This document shows, piece by piece, positions 1 through 7,798 of a stretch of DNA of 20,000 nt. Made by a program: the position numbers and the translations under genes. Below the pieces are notes generated by a model that was given only the letters and a program-made list of their open reading frames with translations, was not told the origin of the DNA and did not search any database. Numbering within the stretch: the first letter of the stretch is position 1; each line of letters starts with the position of its first letter. The DNA comes from an uncultured virus (IMG/VR IMGVR_UViG_2808606491_000002) (taxonomy: Duplodnaviria; Heunggongvirae; Uroviricota; Caudoviricetes), in IMG/VR virus record IMGVR_UViG_2808606491_000002. The stretch is one strand, 5' to 3'.

Positions 1-377
1 GTCAACGACAGGTCGAAGTTCGCCGCGTCGAGCGCGGCCAGCTCGGCACGCAGTACGGCTTCATCCCAACCCGCGTTTTCGGCGATGCGGTTGTCCGCGA
101 TCACCAGCGCCCGCCGCTGCGTCGGACTCAGGTGGTCCAGCACCACCACCGGCACTACCTGCAGGCCCAGCTTCATGGCAGCGGCGAGGCGTCCGTGGCC
201 GGCGACGATGACGCCGTCGCCACCGGCCAGGATGGGGTTGGTGAACCCGAACTCCACGATGCTGGCCGCGATCTGCGCGATCTGTTCGTCGGAGTGCGTC
301 CGAGCGTTGGCGGCGTAGGGGGCGAGCCTCTGGATCGGCCAGTGCTCGATCTTGCCTGCGAGCCAGGAGGCCGTCAT
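1..377 (-). CDS. ParB-N-terminal-domain protein, probably a second site-specific DNA methyltransferase (5' part only, runs off the window)
   Basis: Manually translated (absent from the ORF track): MTASWLAGKIEHWPIQRLAPYAANARTHSDEQIAQIAASIVEFGFTNPIL...VAGHGRL...ADNRIAENAGWD. RBS GAGGAGG; ATGA overlap with the upstream gene; clearly paralogous to the N-terminus of 374-1774. Confidence 0.85.
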   Translation of the reverse strand, partial: MTASWLAGKIEHWPIQRLAPYAANARTHSDEQIAQIAASIVEFGFTNPILAGGDGVIVAGHGRLAAAMKLGLQVVPVVVLDHLSPTQRRALVIADNRIAENAGWDEAVLRAELAALDAANFDLSL

Positions 378-1774
378 TGCACCACCTCCTCGCCCGCCAG
401 GCGCTCGGCCGCAACGGCCGCGAAGGTCTGGCCGGTCGACTGCAGCGTCACCGGCGCCTCGGGGAAGTTCTGCTGGAAGCGCTTGATCGCGACGTCCACG
501 TACTCGGGTGCGATCTCGACGCTGTGGCACAGGCGACCGGCGCGCTGCGCAGCCAGCATGGTGGTGCCGCTGCCGCCGAAGGGTTCGAACACGATGTCGC
601 CGGCATCCGAATACGCGTCGATCACGAACTCCGGCAGGGCGACCGGGAACACGGCCGGGTGGTCGATGTCGCGGCCGATCTTGCCCTTGTGCCGCATCAC
701 ACGGATCACCGAATCCGGGATCCGGGTGTCCTGGGTAAGTTTGCCCTCGTGTGTCCAACTCCCGCGAACGCCGTCCTTGCCCCGCATCGAGGTCGACGTG
801 CCGTCGGGGCGCAGGTGCTCGTCCTGGCCAGCGTACTTGCAAGGCACGGTCTTGTTTGCCTGGCGAGCCTCACGATTGAAGTGGAAGACGAATTCGAAGG
901 ATGGTGCCAACCGGCCACGCCAGTCGCCGGGCATGCCCGGTCCCTGGTCCCACACGTACCAGCCGAACCGCCGCCAGCCCTGCGTGCGCATCCACGCGAT
1001 CCAGGCATCCCAGTATGGGACGACCTCGCTGTCGCGGTGGACCAGCCCGAGGTTGACGAGCACCTGGCCGTCGCCCGCCATCGGCACGTTGCCGAAGACG
1101 CCGCGCATCAGCACGTCCCAGTTCGCGATACCACCGGTGGTGTAATTGCGCTGGTTGGCGTAGGGCGGCGAGGTAAAGCACAGCGCGGCTTGTTGGCCCG
1201 CCATCAGGGCCGCGATCACCGCGCTGTCGGTGGCATCGCCGCAGATCAGGCGGTGCTCGCCCAGGAGCCAGACGTCGCCCGGCCGGGACACCGGCACCGC
1301 CGATGCTGCGGGCACGTCGTCCGCCTCATCCGGTTCCGGATCGCTCGCCCCATCGTCCTCAGCTTCGCCCAGCTCGTCAGCCAACAGCGCGTCGATCTCG
1401 GCGTCATTGAAACCGGTCAGGGCCAGGTCGTAGCCGGCGTCAGCGAGTTCCGCGAATTCCAGCGCCAGCAGTTCCTCGTCCCAGCCCGCATCGAGCGCGA
1501 TACGGTTGTCGGCGAGGATCAACGCGCGCTTCTGCGTCGGCGACAGGTGGGCCAGCTCGATCACCGGCACCTCGTCCATGCCGAGCTGGCGCGCGGCGGC
1601 CAGACGCCCATGGCCCGCGATCACACCGTTCTCGCCATCGACCAGGACCGGGTTGGTCCAGCCGTACTCCACGATGCTGGCGGCGATCCTGGCCACCTGC
1701 TCGTCGTTGTGGGTCCTCGGGTTCCTTGCGTAAGGAATCAGCGCCGCGACCTTGCGGTACTCGACGTTGAGCAT
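374..1774 (-). CDS. ParB-like domain + N4/N6 DNA methyltransferase (beta-class motif order), 466 aa
   Basis: Start re-assigned to ATG 1774 (MLNVEYRK). ParB-N motif IAGHGRL, acidic linker, RLICGDAT, catalytic motif IV TSPPY preceding SAM-binding motif I FEPFGGSGTT. Confidence 0.92.
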   Translation of the reverse strand: MLNVEYRKVAALIPYARNPRTHNDEQVARIAASIVEYGWTNPVLVDGENGVIAGHGRLAAARQLGMDEVPVIELAHLSPTQKRALILADNRIALDAGWDEELLALEFAELADAGYDLALTGFNDAEIDALLADELGEAEDDGASDPEPDEADDVPAASAVPVSRPGDVWLLGEHRLICGDATDSAVIAALMAGQQAALCFTSPPYANQRNYTTGGIANWDVLMRGVFGNVPMAGDGQVLVNLGLVHRDSEVVPYWDAWIAWMRTQGWRRFGWYVWDQGPGMPGDWRGRLAPSFEFVFHFNREARQANKTVPCKYAGQDEHLRPDGTSTSMRGKDGVRGSWTHEGKLTQDTRIPDSVIRVMRHKGKIGRDIDHPAVFPVALPEFVIDAYSDAGDIVFEPFGGSGTTMLAAQRAGRLCHSVEIAPEYVDVAIKRFQQNFPEAPVTLQSTGQTFAAVAAERLAGEEVVQ

Positions 1775-1792
1775 GTTCTGTTTCGGGTTCCC

Positions 1793-1879
1793 AAAAGAAG
1801 ACGGCCCGCGCGGGAACGGATCTCGGCGCAGGCCGAGCGGAAATGAAAACGCCCGCCGACGGCGAACCGTAAGCGGGCG
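1793..1879 (-). terminator. Two tandem hairpin + T-tract elements in the leader of the methyltransferase operon
   Basis: Minus strand: CGCCCGC-TT-ACGG-TTCG-CCGT-CG-GCGGGCG-TTTT (1846-1879) and GGCCTGCGC...GCGCGGGCC-GTCTTCTTTT (1793-1834). Confidence 0.5.
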
Positions 1880-1889
1880 CGGAATGAGA

Positions 1890-2046
1890 GGGGTGCGAAC
1901 CTGTGGGGTGCGAACCAGCACTGGGGCAGGTTCGCACCGCCCCCAAAACACAAGACCCGCGCAAACGCAGTGCTGGCGCGGGTCTGGAGGGAATGGCCGG
2001 TTCGTTGCGGCCGGAGGTGCGCACCGTGCGAACCCAGGTTCGCACC
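1890..2046. repeat. Cluster of GGTGCGAACC repeats in direct and inverted orientation (candidate cosB / small-terminase binding sites)
   Basis: GGTGCGAACC at 1892-1901 and 1907-1916; inverted GGTTCGCACC at 1929-1938 and 2037-2046; variants at 2016-2025 and 2025-2034; a 10-bp inverted repeat (1953-1962/1976-1985) lies between the two sub-clusters. Confidence 0.8.
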
Positions 2047-2060
2047 CTGACGGTGGGCAA

Positions 2061-2107
2061 GCCTTGCGCTTGTCCCTCCCGTATTGCGCTTTAGGAAGGA
2101 AGGACCC
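2061..2107 (-). other. Putative lambda-like cos site (cosQ + cosN)
   Basis: Minus strand reads GGGTCCT-17 nt-TACG-GGAGGGACAAG-CGCA; lambda reads GGGTCCT(cosQ)-19 nt-TACG-GGGCGGCGACCT-CGCG. Confidence 0.6.
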
Positions 2108-2163
2108 CTTCGCCCCCTGGGGGGCCTCGCGGCCCCGGCGCTTATGTCGTCACGATAGGCGTA

Positions 2164-2278
2164 AATGTACCGCTTTTCGGGAGAGATGCGACACCCCCCT
2201 TTTTGCGTTGGCTTATCAACCGTTAGCAACCCTTCGCAATATTGCGCAGGCGTTGCCAATATTGCGTAATTTTACGCA
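2164..2278 (-). promoter_or_regulatory. Candidate activator-dependent late promoter with upstream phased repeats
   Basis: Minus strand GTCGCA(2187-2192)-17 nt-TACATT(2164-2169). CAATATTGCG is repeated at 2237-2246 and 2257-2266; palindromes CGCAATATTGCG and TGCGTAA-TT-TTACGCA lie at the 3' end of the DUF6362-like gene. Confidence 0.45.
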
Positions 2279-2679
2279 CGGCCAACCTGCTCGCCTCCGT
2301 TGAGCCGGTCGACCACCGTCTGCATCGCGCGTTGCCAGCGCCGTTGTGCCGTCTTGATGCAGCACGCATAGCGCTTGGCGATGTACTGCCATTCGTCGCC
2401 TTGCGCGCGCATCCAGACCAGGTGCCGGTGGTCCACGTCCAACCACTGCACCCACCGCATCGTCTCCAGCATTCGGTCGATGGCTGCGGGACTGGGCGGA
2501 TAGTAGTGACGCGGCTGGTCGTCCGCTGCCAGGCGCTCCCATTGCTCGCGCACGATGTGCGGCCAGACACGGAAGTAGCCCTGCACGCGGACGGGTGGAA
2601 GCGTGCGCCCTGTACGCGCCGCCTCCTCGAAACGCGCTGCGACGGAATCAAGTGTCCAGGCGGTCGTGCTACCGGTCAT
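2272..2679 (-). CDS. DUF6362-like phage protein, probable late transcription regulator (C-terminal HTH), 135 aa
   Basis: WTLDSVAARFEEAARTGRTLPPVRVQGY...MLETMRWVQWL...WQYIAKRYACCIKTAQRRW. Start ATG 2679 with RBS GGAGG; located between the replication genes and the cos region. Confidence 0.8.
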   Translation of the reverse strand: MTGSTTAWTLDSVAARFEEAARTGRTLPPVRVQGYFRVWPHIVREQWERLAADDQPRHYYPPSPAAIDRMLETMRWVQWLDVDHRHLVWMRAQGDEWQYIAKRYACCIKTAQRRWQRAMQTVVDRLNGGEQVGRA

Positions 2680-2881
2680 GGCGCTTGCCTCCCTCACCGT
2701 AGAGCCGTTCACCGATGCGGCGCACCAGCTCGCGTTCGAGGAAGTCCAGGCGGTCGTCGGATTCGTTCACCACGAGGATGCGCTGGTCCCGCCAGCCTTG
2801 CCGTTTGAACGCTTCGAGGTCCGTGACCTCGGGCTGCGTGCGGGCCAGTGCGGATTTGTAGGACGGTGTGGGAATCTTCAT
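2669..2881 (-). CDS. Phage hypothetical protein, 70 aa
   Basis: RBS AGGAGGT; overlaps both neighbours; sequence MKIPTPSYKSAL...KRQGWRDQRILVV. Confidence 0.75.
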   Translation of the reverse strand: MKIPTPSYKSALARTQPEVTDLEAFKRQGWRDQRILVVNESDDRLDFLERELVRRIGERLYGEGGKRHDR

Positions 2882-2970
2882 GCCACACCTCCTAAGTCTC
2901 GGAACATCAGCGGCTGCAATGCCCGGCCAAGCTTGCTGTTCTGATGTTGGGCGACATGGGTCGTCGTCAT
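2878..2970 (-). pseudogene. 30-aa mini-ORF, possibly an internally deleted gene remnant
   Basis: MTTTHVAQHQNSKLGRALQPLMFRDLGGVA*; RBS AAGGA upstream; its stop overlaps the next start (ATGA at 2878-2881). Confidence 0.45.
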
Positions 2971-2994
2971 GGTTTCAGTCCTTCGTTTTGTTCG

Positions 2995-3093
2995 GACCGA
3001 CGCAGCTGGCGCAGTACATCGAAACTCCCTTGAGGTGCGTGTACGCGCACGTACGCGTAGGAGTTACGACGTAGTACGTCAGCTGCGTCGGTC
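2995..3093. other. Long imperfect inverted repeat, putative phage replication origin
   Basis: 34-bp arms at 2995-3028 and 3060-3093 (29/34 match) around a purine/pyrimidine-alternating core GTGCGTGTACGCGCACGTACGCGTA, about 20 bp downstream of the primase stop. Confidence 0.55.
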
Positions 3094-3112
3094 GGATGTG
3101 TCGGCGTGAAGC

Positions 3113-5410
3113 TCAGTTGTCCGAGTACGAGCTATAGGTCGGCATCGGCGGATTCTTCAGGCTCACACCACGGAAGCCCCGCAAACCCGCTGTGTTGCGC
3201 CATTTCTCGACCCCGCGGGTGATCAGCAGATCGGAGAAGCGCCTTTGCGATCCGACGAATTCGCCAGCCGAGTCAGCCCACTGTTTCCAGTCGTTGAACA
3301 ACTCGGCGGTCAGCGTCTTGGCGTTGATCTCTCGCACGCAGCGTTCGTCCAGCCAGCGACCCAGCGCGTCCTCGGCCTCGAAATACTCCTCCGTCGCATC
3401 CAGCACCTGTTGCGGCGGCTGGAGCCGTCCCAACCGCTGCCAGTCCAGGCAGCCCTGGATGGCCCACGCCAGGATGCCGTCCCGCTCGGCCAGCAGCTTC
3501 TGCTGCAAGGTCTTGTCCCGCCGCTCAGGCGGCACCGTCACCGTGAACGGGATCAGGTGCAGCCGCCGCTTCATCGCCTCGTCGATGTTGCGGATGGCCG
3601 GTTTGTGGTTGCCCGCGACGAACAGCTTGAACTGCGGGAAGAACTCGAAGAAGTCTTGCCGCATGAAGCGCGCGGAGATCTTGTCGCCGCCGGTGAGGTT
3701 CTTGACCTTGGATTCCGCCCAACGCCGTCCCTGCTCGGTCTCGATGGCCGCCACGAAGCGTGCGCCGCGCAGGCCCGCCATGTCGGTCGGATGCCGGTCG
3801 GCGCGCGTTTCCATGAACGTGTCCATCGCCGCGTTGACCGCGTAGTCGCCCAGAATCGTGGCCAGCGTGTTGACGAACACGGACTTGCCGTTGGCGCCCG
3901 TGCCGTAGAGGAAGAACAGCGCATGCTCCTGTGTCGACCCGGTCAGTGCGTAGCCCGCCATCCGCTGCAGGTAGGCCTGCAGTTCGGCATCACCGCCCGT
4001 AACCTCGGCGAGGAACTGCCGCCAGGTCGGGCAGTCGCCCTTAGGCGTCGCTGTGGTCACCTTCGTCATCCGGTCCTCGCGCCGATGCGCTCGCAACTGG
4101 CCCGTGCGCAGATCGACCACGCCGCCGGGGGTGTTGAGCGCCCACACGTCCGCATCCCACTCGTCGGCCGTGGCCGCGTGCTTGGGATCCGAGCGTGCGA
4201 TCTTCTCGACCGAGGCGATGGTCGATGAGCTCGCCAGCTTGGCCTTCTGCCGCGGCGTTTCCGCCTTGCACGAGGCCGCACGGCAGATCCCACGCGACAG
4301 GTGGGTGACGTAGAGCAGCTGGTCGGGATTCCACCGCACGCCGGTCCACACCAGCCACTTGCCCCACAGGGAGCAGTAGCGCCAGTCGTCGCCATAGCGG
4401 CGCGTGAAGGCCGTGGCCAGCCCGTCCTCGGTTTCCCAATCCACGCCCTCCAGCACGTCTGCCGACACGGTGTCGTCCACCTCCGGCACCACGGGCACCC
4501 GCGCGCCGGCGGCGAGGTAGCCGGCGACGTCGAACCCCTCTTCGATCGCGTCGGCTGCATCCCAGCCCTCCGCCTTGTCGTCCGGCGGCAGCAGGATGGT
4601 CACCGACAAGGCGCCCGCCTGCAGGATCGCCTGCGACGCCCGGTCGGCATACTCCCAGCCCGGCTTGTCCCGGTCGGGCCAGATCAGCACAGCCTTGCCG
4701 GCCAGGGGCGACCAGTCGGTCTTCTCGACGGGCGCGTTCGCCCCGTGCATCGCCGTCGTGGCAACGATGCCGGTGTCGATCAGGGCCTGGGCGCATTTCT
4801 CACCCTCGACCAGCACGACCTGCGTGGCGCTCGCCAGTCCGGGCTGGTTGTACAGCGGGCGTGGATCGGGCGGGGCCATCTTGCGCCGCTTGGCGTCCCA
4901 CGGCCGGAACTCCTTGCCCCGGCCGGGCGGGTCGTAGCGGTACACCACCCCGATCAGCCTGCCGGCGGCGTCCAGGTAGTCCCACTTGGCCGTCTCAGGG
5001 CCGAGGTCGTCCGTCGGCGGCTCCTTCCGCTTGCGCCGCACTGGCTGCGTGCTGGCGAGACCAAGCAGGTCAGCAGCGCGCGCCAGCACCCTCGGGAATT
5101 CCGTCTGCACATCGACACCCAGGGTGCCCGCGATCACGGCGAACACATCCCCGCCGTCGCCGGTGGCGCGGTCCGTCCACAAGCCGGCCTTCTCGCCGTC
5201 CAGCACGATTTCCAGGCTGTCGCCCGGATTGCCCTGGATGTCGCCGATCACGAACTTGTTCCGCCGCTTCTTGCCGGCCGGAAACAGGATGGCCAGCACC
5301 GAGTCCAGCCGGTCGAGCAGCAGGCCCCGGATGCGCTCCCGCTCCCCGTCCGAGGATGCGGGACGAGCGACCTCCCGGCCCTGCGGTGGGCTGTCATTGA
5401 AGTCGAGCAT
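3113..5410 (-). CDS. Phage/plasmid primase-helicase, P4 family (TOPRIM + D5_N + SF3 helicase), 765 aa
   Basis: TOPRIM motifs VLVEGEKCA and WPDRDKPG; D5_N-like LNTPGGVVDLRTG; Walker A YGTGANGKS; NLTGGDKISARFM; GNHKP; AMKRRL. Confidence 0.95.
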   Translation of the reverse strand: MLDFNDSPPQGREVARPASSDGERERIRGLLLDRLDSVLAILFPAGKKRRNKFVIGDIQGNPGDSLEIVLDGEKAGLWTDRATGDGGDVFAVIAGTLGVDVQTEFPRVLARAADLLGLASTQPVRRKRKEPPTDDLGPETAKWDYLDAAGRLIGVVYRYDPPGRGKEFRPWDAKRRKMAPPDPRPLYNQPGLASATQVVLVEGEKCAQALIDTGIVATTAMHGANAPVEKTDWSPLAGKAVLIWPDRDKPGWEYADRASQAILQAGALSVTILLPPDDKAEGWDAADAIEEGFDVAGYLAAGARVPVVPEVDDTVSADVLEGVDWETEDGLATAFTRRYGDDWRYCSLWGKWLVWTGVRWNPDQLLYVTHLSRGICRAASCKAETPRQKAKLASSSTIASVEKIARSDPKHAATADEWDADVWALNTPGGVVDLRTGQLRAHRREDRMTKVTTATPKGDCPTWRQFLAEVTGGDAELQAYLQRMAGYALTGSTQEHALFFLYGTGANGKSVFVNTLATILGDYAVNAAMDTFMETRADRHPTDMAGLRGARFVAAIETEQGRRWAESKVKNLTGGDKISARFMRQDFFEFFPQFKLFVAGNHKPAIRNIDEAMKRRLHLIPFTVTVPPERRDKTLQQKLLAERDGILAWAIQGCLDWQRLGRLQPPQQVLDATEEYFEAEDALGRWLDERCVREINAKTLTAELFNDWKQWADSAGEFVGSQRRFSDLLITRGVEKWRNTAGLRGFRGVSLKNPPMPTYSSYSDN

Positions 5411-5792
5411 GGACGCTCCGTTCTTGCAGTTCGTCAGGGGCCTCCAAGAGATAGCCGGTCTTGACCGCCACCTCGCGAACGAACGCGGGATTGAGGTCGA
5501 TCAGCCCAGCCACCTGTGCGAGATCGTCGCCGCGCAGGAAACGCTCTGCGTCCTCCTGCACGGACCGGTTCTCCCCATAACGGGCGTCGGCGATGGCCTG
5601 GCAGAGCACCGCCAAGATCAGGCGCTGCTCGGGCATGAGCCCTGTGACCGGCGCATTGACGTGGCGCTGCAGCAGCCGCTCCACGACTCGCATGGTCACC
5701 AGCGGGCGCGGACGCGCGGCCCGCCGGGTGCGGCGCGGATCGATGGCGCTGCGGGTTTTAGGGCGGGGATTGCGGTGATTGAAATCCAGCAT
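5394..5792 (-). CDS. Phage hypothetical protein, ~132 aa (alternative GTG start 5804)
   Basis: Fills the gap between two operon genes and overlaps the primase start; begins MLDFNH; contains RLILAVLCQAIADA...AERFL. Confidence 0.7.
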   Translation of the reverse strand: MLDFNHRNPRPKTRSAIDPRRTRRAARPRPLVTMRVVERLLQRHVNAPVTGLMPEQRLILAVLCQAIADARYGENRSVQEDAERFLRGDDLAQVAGLIDLNPAFVREVAVKTGYLLEAPDELQERSVHARLQ

Positions 5793-5797
5793 CTCGG

Positions 5798-6265
5798 TTA
5801 CCACGGAATGTCATCTTCCAAGTCGGCGAACGCATCCGCCGACAGTCCTACGGAACGCTTCTGCCCCATTGAGGTGGCCTGGGCGCGCGGCGCGTCGAGC
5901 GCCATCGCTTCCACATACGCGAACACGATGGCTCCGATCACCCGCAAGGCCTCGTCTTCGGCGTAGTGGGCCAGCGGCTTGTCGAAGCCGATCTCGCCGG
6001 CCACCTGCCCGAACGGTCGCAGGCATCGGCGCATCGCAGCACGCTGCTGCGCAGCGGTCTCAGGCATATGCGCCTCCCTCGTGAGTGATTCGGACAACGG
6101 CGGCTCGGTCTCGCGCCAAGCCCCGTAGATGGCGTGGAAGGCATCCTGGCAGCGGCGCGAGCAGAAGGCCCAGTCGGGCGGATGGCGACGCGGATCGCCC
6201 ACGCGGAAGCGCAGGTCCGAGTGCCGGTAGCCACGTGCTTGTTGGCGACAAACCCAGCATTGCAC
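5798..6265 (-). CDS. DUF6511-like protein with N-terminal Zn finger and acidic C-terminal tip, 155 aa
   Basis: GTG start with RBS GAGGAGG; CWVC...FCSRRC; IGFDKPLAHYAEDEAL; ends FADLEDDIPW. Confidence 0.8.
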   Translation of the reverse strand: MQCWVCRQQARGYRHSDLRFRVGDPRRHPPDWAFCSRRCQDAFHAIYGAWRETEPPLSESLTREAHMPETAAQQRAAMRRCLRPFGQVAGEIGFDKPLAHYAEDEALRVIGAIVFAYVEAMALDAPRAQATSMGQKRSVGLSADAFADLEDDIPW

Positions 6266-6274
6266 GGTCCCTCC

Positions 6275-6907
6275 TCACTGCGCCCACGCCGGGCGCGTGA
6301 AACCGGCCGCCGGCCGGGGTTGGGCGGCACGTGCCGGTGCCGACGCGGCAGGCGCGTGTGCGCGGCCGACACCGGCATTGGCGGCGTTCGCCGGCGGCGC
6401 GTTGCCGGCCATGAGCGCCACATAGTCTTTGTGGTTCGGCTCCACCGCCTGCCGGATCACGTTGCGGGCGTCGCCCCGGCTGTCGAGCTCGATGTCGACA
6501 CGGCCGATGAATTCCATGCCGTGAAGCTCACCGAAATCGCGGATACGTCGGGAGAGCTGGGCCGGCTCGGTGTTGTCGTCCGGGTGCACGCCACGCGCGG
6601 AGTTCAGCGCTGCACGCACAAACGCACGCCCCATGTTGGCCCACTCGTCCCCCTTGGGCGAATGCAGACCGATCATCGACCACAGCTTGCGCTTGGCGTA
6701 CGGCCCTTCGAGGACCACGAATTCGGCGGCGAGATACACACTGCCGGTGTGCTCGGATTCGGTGGCCCAGCCCCCCGTCCAGCCGCGGGACGGATCATCG
6801 AAGCCGCCCTGACGGATCGTCATGCGGATCTTGAGCAGCGTGCCCTTGGGGATCAGGTCAAAACCAACCTGCCGGCCGGCGTCGTTGAAATCGTTCCAAA
6901 ACGTCAT
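6275..6907 (-). CDS. Phage single-stranded DNA-binding-like protein (DUF669/gp2.5-like), 210 aa
   Basis: FDLIPKGT, YLAAEFVVLEGPYAKRKLW and an Ala/Pro-rich tail ending RPAWAQ; directly downstream of a Sak4-like ATPase, the usual pairing. Confidence 0.7.
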   Translation of the reverse strand: MTFWNDFNDAGRQVGFDLIPKGTLLKIRMTIRQGGFDDPSRGWTGGWATESEHTGSVYLAAEFVVLEGPYAKRKLWSMIGLHSPKGDEWANMGRAFVRAALNSARGVHPDDNTEPAQLSRRIRDFGELHGMEFIGRVDIELDSRGDARNVIRQAVEPNHKDYVALMAGNAPPANAANAGVGRAHAPAASAPARAAQPRPAAGFTRPAWAQ

Positions 6908-6925
6908 GATCAAAGCTCTCTGGTA

Positions 6926-7798
6926 TCAGGAAAAGTTCGGTTGGGTCGTGGCGCCGGCCAGCGGCACGGGCTTGCGGGGTGCAGCGGTCTTGGCGATCAA
7001 CTTGCCCAGGTGCGGCTCCTCCAGGGCATCCAGCCGGCCGGAGCGGTCCTTGGCCGGGTAGCCCCAGGCGTTGTCGGTATTGGTGACGAACGCTCGGAAC
7101 GGCTCTGCGGGCGCGGCGGCCGCGTCCCCTTCCGCCGGTGCGTCGGGGCGCAGCAGCGCCAGCGTGATCACCTCGTCGATGACGCCGGGCAACTCCAGCG
7201 CGGTCTTGCTGCCCTCGAGCTGGATCGCGAAAAACCGCCGGTTGAACTCATCGACCTTCTCTTCCAGAATCGCCACGAACACGACGTGCTTGTCGCGCAC
7301 GTGCTGCAGATGCGTAAGCGCCGCGATCATCTCGGTACCGAGCAGGCCGTAGGCACCCCGCGTGTCCGGCTTGCCAGTGCGCTCGGAGAACGCCTGCGGT
7401 TGCGTCTTGGCCCAGGCCAGGCACAGCCGGGACAGCACGGTGATCGAGTCCACGAAGTACGTGCTGTACTTCCGCAGTTGCGCCGGATCGCCATAGCGCT
7501 TGCACACCGCATCGAAATGCGCCTGCGAGTACGGCTGGTCGGGGCTGGCCGCCGGGTTGGGGCCTGCCAGGAACACGACCAGATCGCGGAACTCGGGCCA
7601 CGAGCGTGGGCGCAGCGTGTCGCCGTACCAGTCCAGCACCGCCAGGTCGCCCGCCTCCAGATCGACAAACAGGGTGCTGTCTTCGGGCAGCGTCTTGAGC
7701 TGGCTGGTCTTGCCCGCGCCGGGAATGCCGACCAGGACGATCTTGGCGCAGCGGGGCTCAGCCAGGCGCTGGTCTGCGCTGATGATGGGCAGCGTCAT
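6926..7798 (-). CDS. AAA_24 / Sak4-like phage ATPase (recombination/annealing), 290 aa
   Basis: Walker A GIPGAGKT, FVDLEAG, Walker B YFVDSIT, PAKDRSG. Start ATG 7798 with RBS GGAGG and ATGA overlap. Confidence 0.88.
   Translation of the reverse strand: MTLPIISADQRLAEPRCAKIVLVGIPGAGKTSQLKTLPEDSTLFVDLEAGDLAVLDWYGDTLRPRSWPEFRDLVVFLAGPNPAASPDQPYSQAHFDAVCKRYGDPAQLRKYSTYFVDSITVLSRLCLAWAKTQPQAFSERTGKPDTRGAYGLLGTEMIAALTHLQHVRDKHVVFVAILEEKVDEFNRRFFAIQLEGSKTALELPGVIDEVITLALLRPDAPAEGDAAAAPAEPFRAFVTNTDNAWGYPAKDRSGRLDALEEPHLGKLIAKTAAPRKPVPLAGATTQPNFS

Noticed and set aside
374..1774. Complete restriction-modification system
   Set aside because: No endonuclease or specificity subunit is visible in the window.
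1775..1951. 59-aa N-terminal extension of the methyltransferase
   Set aside because: It runs through repeats and hairpins; similarity to the paralogue begins at about Met 1774.
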